Part shown: piece by piece, positions 20,759 through 31,229 of the stretch | How positions within the stretch are numbered: the first letter of the stretch is position 1 | Layout: each line of letters opens with the position of its first letter | NCBI GenBank assembly: GCA_041640655.1 | Contig: JBEPZV010000017.1 | Location: 1-50,734 of the forward strand | Source: a bacterium | GTDB taxonomy: Bacteria > Acidobacteriota > Blastocatellia > HR10 | Length of the DNA: 50,734 bases | Direction: 5' to 3' | Made by a program: the position numbers and the translations under genes | The notes under the pieces: generated by a model | What the model was told of the DNA's origin: nothing | The model's input: only the letters and a program-made list of their open reading frames with translations | The model's database searches: none

Positions 20759-22567
20759 ATGGAGCGGCTTGTGTCTGCGACTGTCGGGTTGCTGCTGCTG
20801 AGCGCATGCGCGCCCCCGGCTGCATACTTCGGGAAGATCGAGCCGCCCGAGGGGGCTGTCCTCCGCGTGGGCAATGGCGCTGATCCGGCATCGCTGGATC
20901 CGCACCGGGCTCCGGGTAGCGTCGAGGAACAGATTCTGATCAATCTCTTTGAGGGTCTGACCGAATACGACCCGGTGACACTGGAGCCTATTCCCGCCGT
21001 CGCCGAAGCGTGGGAGATGGATGCGCGCGCCATGCGGTTTCGATTTCATCTGCGGCGTGCGGCGCGATGGAGCACCGGACGTCCGGTGACCGCGTGGGAT
21101 TTCGTCTACTCTTGGCGTCGCGCCCTGGCACCGGAGACGGCCTCGCCCAATGCCTATCTGCTCTATTACATCAAGAACGCCGAGGCCTACAATACGGGGA
21201 AGCTGAAGGTTCGCGATCGGCGAACCGGACGATTTCTCACGGACGAATTCGGCCGCGATCTCCTGCTCACAGCCGAGGAAGCGGATCGAATCCGGCGCGG
21301 CGCGGGTTCAGATGCCGAGCCTCGTCTTCGGCAGCTTCGTCGCTATGTGGAGGGCTTCGTGTGGGAGGCGGTATCCCTGAGCGCGGAGGATGTCGGTGTG
21401 CGCGCCCTTGATGAGCATACGCTCGAGGTGGAGACGGAGGTCCCCACGGCCTTCTTCCTCAAGCTCACAAGCCTCGGCGTCTATCGGCCGGTCCCGCGCG
21501 AGGCCGTCGAGCGACATGGACGCGCGTGGACGCGCCCGGAGCATATCGTGAGTAATGGACCCTTTCGACTCGTGGAGTTCGAGCCGGGACGCCGCGTCGT
21601 CTTGGAGAAGAATCCCCTCTATTGGGATGCCGCGCGGGTGCGACTGGAGCGCGTGATCTTCTATCCATACAGTGAGGCGACGACGTTGTTGAACCTCTAT
21701 AAGGCGGGCGAAGTGGATGTCCTGGTGAGCGGGCTCTTACCCCCCTATGCGCTGCGTCTCTTGCGCCGGACGCGGGATTACGTCTCCGGACCCTATCTGC
21801 TGAGCTACTTCCTGCTGGTGAACGTGCGCCGTCGGCCGCTCAGCGATGGACGGGTGCGGCGCGCCCTGGCGCTGGCCATTGATCGGGAACGCCTCTGTCA
21901 GCGTTTGCTCGCGGCGGGACAGCAACCTTTGGGGGCCTTCACCCCTTCGGATTTCCACGGTCTCTATCCCCGCCCGAAGGGGGTGGAGTACGATCCGGAG
22001 CGCGCACGACGGCTTTTGGCGGCCGCCGGGTACCCGGAAGGACGCGGCCTTCGCCTGCGCTATCTCTATAATGCCGGCGCCCTGCATGCGCAGATCGCCG
22101 AAGCGCTGCAGGCCGAGTGGCGGCGCATCTTCCCCCAGATCCGCATCGAGTTGGTCGCTCAGGAGTGGCAAGTCTATCTGGAGACTGTGCGACTCGGAGA
22201 CTTCGACCTCGCGCGACGGAGCTTCTCGGCCGATTTCAGCGATCCCACGAGCTTCCTCGATTCCATGCTCTCGACGAGTCCGAACAATCCCACCGGATGG
22301 GTCAACCCAGACTATGATCGGCTCGTCCAGCAGGCTAATGCTGAACCGGATGTGCCTCGGAGGATGGCGCTTTTGGCGCGCGCCGAGAGCGTCCTGCTCG
22401 AGGATATGCCGATCATCCCTATCTACAGCTCAGTGGCCAGTTTCCTTCGCAAACCGTACGTCCGAGGATGGCATGCGAACATCCTCGATCGGCATCCTTT
22501 GAAGTTCGTCGTCGTGGAGAGAACGGCACCGGCGTTCGATCTCCAGGCCGTCACTCGAGGGCGATAA
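20759..22567 (+). CDS. oppA: Peptide ABC transporter substrate-binding lipoprotein
   Basis: Lipobox LSAC, SLDP, LFEGL, VSNGPF, DMPIIP. Confidence 0.9.
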   Translation: MERLVSATVGLLLLSACAPPAAYFGKIEPPEGAVLRVGNGADPASLDPHRAPGSVEEQILINLFEGLTEYDPVTLEPIPAVAEAWEMDARAMRFRFHLRRAARWSTGRPVTAWDFVYSWRRALAPETASPNAYLLYYIKNAEAYNTGKLKVRDRRTGRFLTDEFGRDLLLTAEEADRIRRGAGSDAEPRLRQLRRYVEGFVWEAVSLSAEDVGVRALDEHTLEVETEVPTAFFLKLTSLGVYRPVPREAVERHGRAWTRPEHIVSNGPFRLVEFEPGRRVVLEKNPLYWDAARVRLERVIFYPYSEATTLLNLYKAGEVDVLVSGLLPPYALRLLRRTRDYVSGPYLLSYFLLVNVRRRPLSDGRVRRALALAIDRERLCQRLLAAGQQPLGAFTPSDFHGLYPRPKGVEYDPERARRLLAAAGYPEGRGLRLRYLYNAGALHAQIAEALQAEWRRIFPQIRIELVAQEWQVYLETVRLGDFDLARRSFSADFSDPTSFLDSMLSTSPNNPTGWVNPDYDRLVQQANAEPDVPRRMALLARAESVLLEDMPIIPIYSSVASFLRKPYVRGWHANILDRHPLKFVVVERTAPAFDLQAVTRGR

Positions 22568-22571
22568 GGCT

Positions 22572-23489
22572 ATGGGCCGGTACATCCTCAAGCGCTTGCT
22601 GTTCGCCCTTCCGTTGCTGTGGCTCGTTCTCACGCTCACGTTCTTCCTGGTGCGGTGGGCTCCGGGGAAGCCCTTTCGTCGAGAGCGCGCCGTACCGGTG
22701 GAGATCGAGGCGCATCTGGATCGCCATTACGGTTTGGATCAACCCTGGCATGTGCAATACGCGAACTATCTGCGGGGGCTCGCGCGTCTGGATTTCGGCC
22801 CTTCATATCGGTATCCCGAAGTGACGGTGCGCGAGATCCTGTGGCGCGGCCTTCGCGTCTCCGCGCCGATCGGCTTTGCGGCTTATGCGTTGGCTCTGGG
22901 CATCGGCATACCGCTCGGCATGGGGGCGGCGCTTCGACCGAGAGCCGTGTGGGTGCGCGCGCTGATGGGGGTGGCCGTCTTGGGCGTGAGCACGCCGAAT
23001 TTCGTGCTCGGGCCGCTTCTGGTCCTGCTCTTCAGTCTGACGCTCTATTGGGTTCCCCCGGCCGGATGGGGAGAAGGGCGCCATCTGGTGCTGCCCGTGC
23101 TCACGCTCTCGGCCGCCTATATCGCCTATATCGCGCGCTTGACGCAAAGCGGGTTGCAACAGGCGCTCGCGCAAGACTATATCCAAACGGCTCACGCCAA
23201 GGGGCTTCGCCCACGCGCGATCCTTCTGCGGCACGCCTTGCGTCCGGCCCTGCTGCCCGTGCTCTCGTTCACCGGTCCCTCACTGGCGTTCCTGTTGGCG
23301 GGAACCGTCGTCATCGAGAAGATCTTCGCCATTCCGGGGCTCGGCCATTTCTTCGTCCAGGCCGCGCTCCATCGCGATTATACGCTGATCCTGGGGATCG
23401 TCTCGCTCACGTCGGTCTTGCTCATCGTGCTCAACCTGGTGGCGGACATCGCGATGGCGCGCCTGGATCCGCGCATCACCTTCAGATGA
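22572..23489 (+). CDS. oppB: Peptide ABC transporter permease
   Basis: YGLDQP, DFGPS, TAHAKGL EAA loop, LDPRI. Confidence 0.92.
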   Translation: MGRYILKRLLFALPLLWLVLTLTFFLVRWAPGKPFRRERAVPVEIEAHLDRHYGLDQPWHVQYANYLRGLARLDFGPSYRYPEVTVREILWRGLRVSAPIGFAAYALALGIGIPLGMGAALRPRAVWVRALMGVAVLGVSTPNFVLGPLLVLLFSLTLYWVPPAGWGEGRHLVLPVLTLSAAYIAYIARLTQSGLQQALAQDYIQTAHAKGLRPRAILLRHALRPALLPVLSFTGPSLAFLLAGTVVIEKIFAIPGLGHFFVQAALHRDYTLILGIVSLTSVLLIVLNLVADIAMARLDPRITFR

Positions 23490-24472
23490 ACGCCCTCATG
23501 AATCGGGAGCAGTCCACTCGCCACGAGCGTCGGCCAGACATGGGGTGGGAAGGGCCGTCGCCGGTCAGGACAAGAACGCCGCTTCAACGTCCCTCGGTTC
23601 TTTTGGCAGCCGGAGTCCTCGCCCTCATCAGTGCGGCCGTCGTGATCGGCCCGATGTGGCTCTCCTACGGCTACGATCAGACGGATCTGGACCTGGGGCT
23701 CTCCCCGCCGAGCCTCTCGAATGGACATTATCTGGGGACAGACATCTTGGGGCGCGATCTGCTGGCGCGCCTCCTCTATGGCGGGCGCATCTCCCTGCTT
23801 GTGGCGCTGGTCGCCACGGTGATCTCGACCGTGATTGGTACCTTCTATGGCGCCCTCTCCGGGTACTTCGGCGGGCGCGTGGACGACGTGATGATGCGCG
23901 TGGTTGATCTGTTGTTCTCGCTCCCATATCTCTTCCTCGTGCTCGTGCTCATGGCGCTCTTTGCGGAGCCGGAGGTCGTGGATCCCGTGATCCGTCTCCT
24001 CCGCTGGCATCCGGAGGGAGCGTGGGCTGAGTGGCTGCGAGGCCCGGGTGTGCGCATGGTCTTGCTCTTCGTCGCCTTGGGCGCCGTCTCCTGGCTGACG
24101 CTCGCGCGAATCGTGCGCGGGCAGGTCCTGGCACTCAAGAAGGAGCTCTTCGTCGAAGCCGCGCGCGCGGCCGGAGCCGGGACGTGGCATATCCTCTTCC
24201 GCCACCTCATCCCGAATGCGAGCGGGCCGATCCTCGCCTACACGGTGCTCACCATCCCCTCGGTCATGCTGCAGGAGGCTTTCATCAGCTTCCTCGGCTT
24301 GGGCATTCAAGCGCCGCAAGCGAGCTGGGGGACGCTCGTGCACGACGGCGTCGAGGCGATGAGCGTCGCGCCCTGGCTGTTCATCTTTCCGGCTGGGACC
24401 ATGGTGCTCGTCCTCTTCTGCTTCCACGTCGTCGGCGAGGCGTTGCGCGAAGCCTGGGAGAGGCGCGCCTGA
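23486..24472 (+). CDS. oppC: Peptide ABC transporter permease
   Basis: LGTDILGRD, FVEAARAAGA, SFLGLG, SWG; ATGA overlap with oppB. Confidence 0.92.
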   Translation: MNALMNREQSTRHERRPDMGWEGPSPVRTRTPLQRPSVLLAAGVLALISAAVVIGPMWLSYGYDQTDLDLGLSPPSLSNGHYLGTDILGRDLLARLLYGGRISLLVALVATVISTVIGTFYGALSGYFGGRVDDVMMRVVDLLFSLPYLFLVLVLMALFAEPEVVDPVIRLLRWHPEGAWAEWLRGPGVRMVLLFVALGAVSWLTLARIVRGQVLALKKELFVEAARAAGAGTWHILFRHLIPNASGPILAYTVLTIPSVMLQEAFISFLGLGIQAPQASWGTLVHDGVEAMSVAPWLFIFPAGTMVLVLFCFHVVGEALREAWERRA

Positions 24473-24585
24473 GCTGGGCGCGCGAGGCAGCGCCCCCTCC
24501 GGCGGGCCCATCTCTCCTGTGCGAGGGCGACCATGTGCGGATATCGCCTGAGTTCGGTAGAATACGTGATGTGCGAGGTGAGACG

Positions 24586-25449
24586 ATGCCTATGATGCGA
24601 CATCGGACGGCTTACAGCGCTTGGGCTCTCCTTCTGCTCCTTGGATTCCTCTCCGCGCCAGCGCGCGCCGTCGGTCAGTCTGTCGGCGCCACGCAGACTG
24701 TGGATGGTGTCCCTGTTGAGGAGATCATCCGAAAGTTCGCCGAGAATGAGAGCCGCTTGCGCCAGGAGTTCAAGAATTTCCTCTTCCGACAGGACATCAC
24801 CATTCAAACGCTCGGGCCACGCGGCCTGGTGACGGGGGAATTCCGGCGCGTCTCCGAGATCATCGTGAACGATCGGGGCGAGCGAGAGGAGCGCATCCTC
24901 TACTTCCCCGTCCCCACGCTCCGCGAGATCGTCGTCACGCAATACGATTTCGCCGATTTCGCCGGCATTCAGCCATTCGCGCTGGGGGTGGAGGACCTTC
25001 CCAAATACCTCGTCACCTATGTCGGACGCGAGCGCATTGATGAGATTGACACCTACGTCTTCGACGTTCGCCCTCGGCGTCCTCCCGATCCGAAGAGGAT
25101 GCACGAGCGGTACTTCCAGGGACGCATCTGGGTGGATACAGTGGACTTGATGATCGTGAAGGTCCAGGGCAAAGGCTTGCCCGAGGATCGGGAGAATAAG
25201 TTCCCGCGATTTGAGACCTATCGGGAGAACATCGAGGACAAGCTGTGGTTCCCGACCTACACCTATGCGGACGACGTCCTGGATTTCCCGGGGCGCTCCG
25301 TTCACGTCCGCATGGTGATTCGCTACACGAACTATCGCCGATTCAGCGGGAAGATCGAGATCGGCGATATCGAGCCGGAGCCCGAGGAGAAAGGGAAGAG
25401 CGGGAAGCCCGCGGGGAAACCCGGAGAGCGGAAGCCCGAGAGGCCGTAG
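24586..25449 (+). CDS. Secreted hypothetical protein (LolA/MucB-like fold suspected)
   Basis: Signal peptide ending in ARA; FQGRIWVD, WFPTYTYADD; RBS GAGGTG. Confidence 0.78.
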   Translation: MPMMRHRTAYSAWALLLLLGFLSAPARAVGQSVGATQTVDGVPVEEIIRKFAENESRLRQEFKNFLFRQDITIQTLGPRGLVTGEFRRVSEIIVNDRGEREERILYFPVPTLREIVVTQYDFADFAGIQPFALGVEDLPKYLVTYVGRERIDEIDTYVFDVRPRRPPDPKRMHERYFQGRIWVDTVDLMIVKVQGKGLPEDRENKFPRFETYRENIEDKLWFPTYTYADDVLDFPGRSVHVRMVIRYTNYRRFSGKIEIGDIEPEPEEKGKSGKPAGKPGERKPERP

Positions 25450-25513
25450 CGCCTTCGGACGAACGTCGCGCGTCCGTGAAGGACGGAACAGAGATCGTGG
25501 GAGGGCGGCAGCG

Positions 25514-27430
25514 ATGCGGCATATCATCGTCGGCACCGCCGGCCATATTGATCACGGCAAGACGGCCCTGGTGAAGGCGCTGACCGGCATTGATACGGAT
25601 CGGCTGAAGGAGGAGAAGGAGCGAGGGATCACGATTGACCTCGGTTTCGCCTTCCTCACGCTCGGAGAGACGCGCTTCGGGTTCGTGGATGTTCCCGGAC
25701 ATGAGCGCTTCGTGAAGAACATGCTCGCGGGCGCACAGGGGATTGACCTGGTGTTGCTGGTCGTCGCGGCCGATGAATCGGTGATGCCGCAGACGCGCGA
25801 GCATTTCGACATCTGTCGGCTCCTGCATGTGAAATCCGGGCTGATCGCCATCACGAAGGCGGATCTGGTGGACGCGGAGATGCTCGAGCTGGTCGAGGCC
25901 GAGGTGCGCGATCTCGTGGCCGGATCGTTTCTGGAGGGAGCGCCCATCGTCCGGGTCAGCTCGCGCACGGGGGAAGGGATCGAGGCGTTGAAGGACGCGC
26001 TCGTGCGTGTGGCGGCGACTGTTGCCGAGAAGCGACGCGAGGCCGTCCCGCGCTTGCCCATTGATCGCGTCTTCACGGTGAAGGGCTTCGGGACCGTCGT
26101 CACGGGGACGTTGATCGCCGGGCAGTTCGCCGTGGGCGATGAGGTGGACATCCTTCCTCTCCAGCGTCGTGCGCTGATTCGCGGCCTTCAGGTGCATGGG
26201 CACTCCGTCTCCGTCGCCGTGGCTGGAGAACGAACGGCGATGAATCTGCACGGGGTCACTGTCGAAGAGCTCGAGCGCGGTCAGGTCGTCGTCGCGAGCC
26301 GTCGCTTCGTCCCCACCCCGCTGATTGACGCCCGTCTGGAGTTGCTCCCCACGGCACCCCAAGCGCTACAGACGCGCGCGCGCCTTCGGCTTCATGTGGG
26401 GACGGCCGAGATCCTGGCGCGCGTCGTCCTGCTGGATCGCACGGAGTTGCGACCGGGCGAGTCCGGCCTCGTCCAATTTCGCCTGGAGACGCCGACGTTC
26501 GCGCTGCCCGGCGATCGTTTCATCGTTCGACGATATTCGCCGCCGCTCACTATCGGCGGTGGAGAGATCCTCGATGCTCTGCCGGAGAAGCACCGGGCCT
26601 TTCGCCCGGCCGCCGAGGGGAGAGAAGTCGTCATCACCACGCGGCTTCAGCTGGAAGCGGCGGACGCGCGAGAGCGGCTCGCGCTCTGGGTGGAGATGGC
26701 CGGGGAACGCGGGCGAAGTTATCCCGAACTCGCCGCGCGCACGGATCTGACGACGACTCAGCTCGAAGACGCGCTGCGCGCCCACGCCACTGCGGGACGC
26801 CTTGTCGAGATTCCGAGTACCCCGCGCCATTTCCTGTCGCGCGCTGCTTATGAGGCGATGCGGGAGAAGCTCAGACACGCGCTCGCGGCGTTTCATCGCG
26901 AGCACCCGTTAGATCCCGGGATGCCGCGCCGCGAGGCGCGCGCGCTCCTCCCGCGCGAGGTCCCGGAGTCCGTCGCCTCGGAGCTTCTGGCGCGCTTGTG
27001 TCAGGAGCCCGAATTTCGAGCCGAGCGCGAGTGGGTGCGCCTGGCGACGCATGTCGTGCAGCTCTCGGACGAAGAGGCGGAGATCGAACGGAAGCTGCTG
27101 GAGGCCTTTGAGCGGGCCGGGTGGCAGCCCCCGGTCCTGGAGGAGGTGATCGCTCAGTTTCAGCTCGATCCCGAGAAGGCGCGCAAGCTCTATCACCGGC
27201 TCCTTCATCGAGGCGCACTCGTGCGCGTGGGCGAACACACGTTCGCGGCTGAAGCCCTTCGCGCGCTCATCGAGCGCGTCCGCGCGCGAAAGGCCATCAG
27301 CGAACGACTCGATGTGGGCACGTTCAAAGAGCTGACGGGCGTGTCGCGAAAGTACGCCATTCCTCTCCTGGAATACCTCGATCGCCAGCACGTCACGCGC
27401 CGCGTGGGCAACGAGCGCATCATCTTGTGA
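25514..27430 (+). CDS. selB: Selenocysteine-specific translation elongation factor
   Basis: [31 protein letters not shown]-terminal [13 protein letters not shown] winged helix. Confidence 0.97.
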   Translation: MRHIIVGTAGHIDHGKTALVKALTGIDTDRLKEEKERGITIDLGFAFLTLGETRFGFVDVPGHERFVKNMLAGAQGIDLVLLVVAADESVMPQTREHFDICRLLHVKSGLIAITKADLVDAEMLELVEAEVRDLVAGSFLEGAPIVRVSSRTGEGIEALKDALVRVAATVAEKRREAVPRLPIDRVFTVKGFGTVVTGTLIAGQFAVGDEVDILPLQRRALIRGLQVHGHSVSVAVAGERTAMNLHGVTVEELERGQVVVASRRFVPTPLIDARLELLPTAPQALQTRARLRLHVGTAEILARVVLLDRTELRPGESGLVQFRLETPTFALPGDRFIVRRYSPPLTIGGGEILDALPEKHRAFRPAAEGREVVITTRLQLEAADARERLALWVEMAGERGRSYPELAARTDLTTTQLEDALRAHATAGRLVEIPSTPRHFLSRAAYEAMREKLRHALAAFHREHPLDPGMPRREARALLPREVPESVASELLARLCQEPEFRAEREWVRLATHVVQLSDEEAEIERKLLEAFERAGWQPPVLEEVIAQFQLDPEKARKLYHRLLHRGALVRVGEHTFAAEALRALIERVRARKAISERLDVGTFKELTGVSRKYAIPLLEYLDRQHVTRRVGNERIIL

Positions 27431-27442
27431 GGGGATCGCGGT

Positions 27443-28201
27443 TCACGTCTGGAACCATCGGTCGCCCCGCTCGCGAAGGGCATCGAGCGTGGCCTGCAAT
27501 TGCGCCCGCTTTCGCTCAAGGAGCGCTTCGTCGGCGTCCGCGGGAACCGTGATCGGTGGTCCCAGCAGGACGACCGCGCGGGTGAAGGGTTTGGGGATTT
27601 GAAAGCGGTCCCAACTGGGCAGCTCCCAAAACGATTCGGCCGAGATATGAAAGGGCAAGATGGCGTGGCCCGTCAGCTTGGCGAGCATCACGGCGCCCGG
27701 TTTGGCCACATACACTGGCCCGCGCGGTCCATCTATTGTGAACGCGACATCGAGGCCGCGGTGGAGGCACGCGGCCATCAGCAGCAGCGCGCGATTCCCC
27801 CCCCGGGTGGATGATCCGCGCGCCGCCCCATATCCGAATCGCTGAATGAATCGCGCGATGTATTCGCCGTCGAAGCTCTGGCTCGTCATCACGACAATGC
27901 CCCGACGTCGCCAGAACCATGTCGCGAGGAAAATCCGATTATGCCAGAATGCGTAGATGATGCGCTTCCCCGCGCGGCGAATCTCGTCATAGTACTGAGC
28001 GTCCACGACGGTCCATCGAATCGTACGCCCGAAGGCAGCGATCCACCAGTAGCCGAGCACGCCGAGCGCCCGGATGCTCCACCGCTCCCAAACCGAGTAG
28101 GACGAGAGGTCGGCGAACTCATAGACGCGACGATACAGGTGGGCATCGTCCAGGGACCGCAAGGGCGGATTGAGGAGAAGGCGAGGCTTCTCACCGCTCA
28201 T
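27443..28201 (-). CDS. DUF374 / lysophospholipid acyltransferase-like protein
   Basis: FWHNR, SQSFDGE, RGSSTRGG, DGPRGP, WDRFQIPKPF. Confidence 0.88.
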   Translation of the reverse strand: MSGEKPRLLLNPPLRSLDDAHLYRRVYEFADLSSYSVWERWSIRALGVLGYWWIAAFGRTIRWTVVDAQYYDEIRRAGKRIIYAFWHNRIFLATWFWRRRGIVVMTSQSFDGEYIARFIQRFGYGAARGSSTRGGNRALLLMAACLHRGLDVAFTIDGPRGPVYVAKPGAVMLAKLTGHAILPFHISAESFWELPSWDRFQIPKPFTRAVVLLGPPITVPADADEALLERKRAQLQATLDALRERGDRWFQT

Positions 28202-28226
28202 TCGGCCGCTCTCTCGGACCGAGAGA

Positions 28227-28442
28227 TTATCGGGACGCTGCCTCCTGGGCCTCCAGATCCCGAATGCGCTCCTCGATCCCTTGCAGCTCTCGCTCCAGCT
28301 TCTCCTTGAGCCGTTTCAGGTACTCGATCTTCTCCCGGCGCGTGTAGAAGCGGCGGCCGAAGAACCAGAGGTCCTCAATGTCCTTCCAGTCAATGTAAAA
28401 GCCGAATCCGAAGGGGAAGACCCCCCAGGCGCATCCTCTCAT
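28227..28442 (-). CDS. Small coiled-coil protein (DUF5320-like C-terminus)
   Basis: RBS GAGGAGG and an extended -10 TGGTATAAT at 28479-28487; RRFYTRREKIEYLKRLKEKLERELQGIEERI. Confidence 0.8.
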   Translation of the reverse strand: MRGCAWGVFPFGFGFYIDWKDIEDLWFFGRRFYTRREKIEYLKRLKEKLERELQGIEERIRDLEAQEAASR

Positions 28443-28590
28443 CTCCGCCACCTCCTCTCATCCATGATGCCGAAGACAATTATACCAAACGGAGGGCGCG
28501 CCGTGCGTCCGACCGGAGGCGTGTCGTGCGCGTCTCGCCAATTTGCTTTTCATTGTCCGATCACGGTAGACTGCGTGACGGGCACAGGCG

Positions 28591-28965
28591 CGACGTCATG
28601 CGGATTGGTTGGCGCAGGCGCGACGCGACCTGAAGGCCGCGCGGGATAGCTTTGCGGATGGGAACTATGAGTGCTGCGCCTTTCAGGCGCAGCAGGCGGC
28701 CGAAAAGGCGCTACTGCGGTTCCATCACCGCGAGATTCGCGGGCATACTCTGGTGCGGTTGCTCACACAGATGGAGGACATCGGGCCCATCCCGGCTGAC
28801 TTGCCCGCTATGGCGCGGGAATTGGACCGTCACTATATCCAGCCGCGTTATCCAAACGCTTTCGCCGAAGGCTATCCGGGTGAGTTCTACGATGAAGAGA
28901 CGGCCACGCGGTGTCTCCAGTATGCGGAAGCGATCCTGGCTTTCGTCGAAAACCGCATTGGCTGA
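28591..28965 (+). CDS. HEPN domain protein (start uncertain, possibly decayed)
   Basis: DWLAQARRDLKAA, FQAQQAAEKAL, GH-L, LDRHYIQPRYPN. Confidence 0.82.
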   Translation, partial: RRHADWLAQARRDLKAARDSFADGNYECCAFQAQQAAEKALLRFHHREIRGHTLVRLLTQMEDIGPIPADLPAMARELDRHYIQPRYPNAFAEGYPGEFYDEETATRCLQYAEAILAFVENRIG

Positions 28966-29356
28966 GTATCCGCACTGGCCGGAGGTGCAACGCTTCATGG
29001 AAGGCGTCCTTCGCCTGAAGCCGATGCTCATGGTGCTCTTTGGCTCGGTGGCTCGGGGAGACTTCACCCAAGAGAGCGATGCCGATGTATTGGTCATCTT
29101 CGAGCGGCCTGTGGATTGGGCGACCGTCTACGCTTACAGCCAGGGCATGGTGCAGCCTCTTGTCAAGACGGTGGATGAAGTGCTCGCGCAGATCCGTCAG
29201 GGCGAGCCGTTCTTCATCGAAGTGGAGGAGGGGAAGGTCCTGTACGAAGCCGATCGAATGCACGAGCGATTGCTGGCGGAAGCCGCGAGGGCGAAACGCA
29301 GGTGGGGGCTGGTGCGAACAGCCGACGGATGGGAGTGGGGAAAGCCCTCACGCTGA
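28958..29356 (+). CDS. Minimal nucleotidyltransferase (MNT), partner of HEPN
   Basis: LFGSVARGDFTQESDADVLVI (GSx10DxD), EGKVLYE; the TTG start overlaps the HEPN stop. Confidence 0.88.
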   Translation: MAEYPHWPEVQRFMEGVLRLKPMLMVLFGSVARGDFTQESDADVLVIFERPVDWATVYAYSQGMVQPLVKTVDEVLAQIRQGEPFFIEVEEGKVLYEADRMHERLLAEAARAKRRWGLVRTADGWEWGKPSR

Positions 29357-29448
29357 AGGCGGAGCTCCATCCCAGGAGGGCGCGTGGGGGAGCCCACCGT
29401 CGCGAATGCTCTTCGCCACTTCAGCCACGCGGCAGCAGGGGAGCGAGG

Positions 29449-30432
29449 TTATTCCTTGAGCTGCTCCAGCGCCTTGATGAGCGCGGGGACGATCTCGAAG
29501 AGGTCGCCGACGATCCCATAATCGGCGATATCGAAGATCGGCGCTTCCGGGTCCTTATTGATAGCGACGATGGTGCGCGAGCCCTTCATCCCGACGACAT
29601 GCTGGATCGCGCCGGAGATGCCGATGGCGAGATAGAGCTTGGGCGAGACCGTCTGGCCGGAGCTGCCGATCTGACGATCCATCGGGAGCCATCCGCTGTC
29701 GCATACGGGGCGCGAGGCTCCGATCTCCGCGTTGAGGACCTCGGCGAGCCGACGGATCAGGGCCAAATTCTCCTCGCTCTTGATGCCGCGTCCGACGGCG
29801 ACGATACGCTCGGCTGAACTGAGGTCCACGGCCTGCTTCGCCTCGCGAAAGACCTCCAGCGGACGCGTCCGAATCGGCGCCTGGCGCAGATCGAGCGGGA
29901 TCGTGCGGATGGGGACCGGCTCGGAGGCCGCTTCGACCTCATCCGCGCGAAAGGCTCCCGCTTGAAAGGTGACCAGATATGGGGGATCATCCGCGAATCG
30001 GACGTCGGCGTGGATCTTCCCCTGAAAGATCGGCCGCGTGTAGATCACCGTTCCGTCGTCCACGCGGTATCCGAGGCAATCACTGATGAGCGCTTTGCCG
30101 AGCGCCGCCGCCAGCTTCGGCGCGAAATCGCGCGCTTGATAGGTATGGCTCATGAGGACGAAAGCGGGAGCCTCGCGGCGGATCACTTCACTGAGCGCTG
30201 CCGTATATCCGTCAGGCGTGTATTCGGCCAATCGCTCGTCTTCGACCACGAGGACCTCGTGGAGCCGCTTCGCGGCCAGCTCTTCGGCCAATCCCCGGAC
30301 ATCGCGCCCCAAGAGAACCGCCGAGACCGATCCATTCAGGTGAGCGGCCAGGCGTTGTCCGGCCACGATCGCCTCCCAGGTCGCCCGATTGAGCTTACCC
30401 TCGCGATGTTCGGCGAGAGCGAAAATCCTCAT
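29449..30432 (-). CDS. etfA: Electron transfer flavoprotein alpha subunit
   Basis: [37 protein letters not shown]. Confidence 0.96.
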   Translation of the reverse strand: MRIFALAEHREGKLNRATWEAIVAGQRLAAHLNGSVSAVLLGRDVRGLAEELAAKRLHEVLVVEDERLAEYTPDGYTAALSEVIRREAPAFVLMSHTYQARDFAPKLAAALGKALISDCLGYRVDDGTVIYTRPIFQGKIHADVRFADDPPYLVTFQAGAFRADEVEAASEPVPIRTIPLDLRQAPIRTRPLEVFREAKQAVDLSSAERIVAVGRGIKSEENLALIRRLAEVLNAEIGASRPVCDSGWLPMDRQIGSSGQTVSPKLYLAIGISGAIQHVVGMKGSRTIVAINKDPEAPIFDIADYGIVGDLFEIVPALIKALEQLKE

Positions 30433-30445
30433 GTCCGCTCCTTCC

Positions 30446-31225
30446 TCACAAGACCTTCGCTTCGTATCTCAACTTCTCGACGAGTCGAGCAGCGATCTCC
30501 TCCGGCGCGCCTTCGAGGAACTCGGTGCGCTTCGCCTTCGTGGGGAAGAAGACACGCATCAGTTCCTGCTTGTTGCGCAGCTCTTCGGCCGAGAGGCCGA
30601 GGTCGGCGAGCGCCAGGCGCCGGATCTCCTTCTTCTTGGCGCCCATGATGCCTTTGAGCGTCGCATAGCGCGGCTGATTGATCCCGGATTGGATCGTCAG
30701 GAGTGCGGGCAGCGGCAGCTCGACCCATTGGAACCATCCGGCCTCCAGTTCGCGCTTCACCTTCACTCGGCCATCGAGCACCTCGATCTGCATGACGATC
30801 GTCGCATGCGGGAGCCCGAGGAATTCCGCCAGGATGACGCCCGTCTGCGCATACCCGTGATCGTCCGATTGCAGTCCCGTGAGGATGAGATCGAACGATT
30901 CGCGACGCAACGCCTCGGCGAGCACGCGCGCCGTGTTGAACGCATCCAGCCCTTCGAAGGCCGGATCCAGCAGGTGCAGCGCTCGATCCGCGCCTTTGGC
31001 GAGCGCTTCCCGCAGGACCTGCTCGACGCGCGCCGGTCCGAGTGAGCACGCGACGACCTCTCCCCCCAGGCGCTCTTTCAATCGCAACGCCTCTTCGAGC
31101 GCATAGGCGTCCGGCTCGTTGATCTCCCAGCTCAGATCAGCTTCTTTGATCCACGTCCCCGCCTCGTTGAGGCGCAGGGCGAGATCGCGCTTGGGGACCT
31201 GCTTCAGGCACACGATGATCTTCAT
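30446..31225 (-). CDS. etfB: Electron transfer flavoprotein beta subunit
   Basis: MKIIVCLKQVP, ALEEALRLKE, GLQSDD, NQPRY. Confidence 0.96.
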   Translation of the reverse strand: MKIIVCLKQVPKRDLALRLNEAGTWIKEADLSWEINEPDAYALEEALRLKERLGGEVVACSLGPARVEQVLREALAKGADRALHLLDPAFEGLDAFNTARVLAEALRRESFDLILTGLQSDDHGYAQTGVILAEFLGLPHATIVMQIEVLDGRVKVKRELEAGWFQWVELPLPALLTIQSGINQPRYATLKGIMGAKKKEIRRLALADLGLSAEELRNKQELMRVFFPTKAKRTEFLEGAPEEIAARLVEKLRYEAKVL

Positions 31226-31229
31226 ACGC

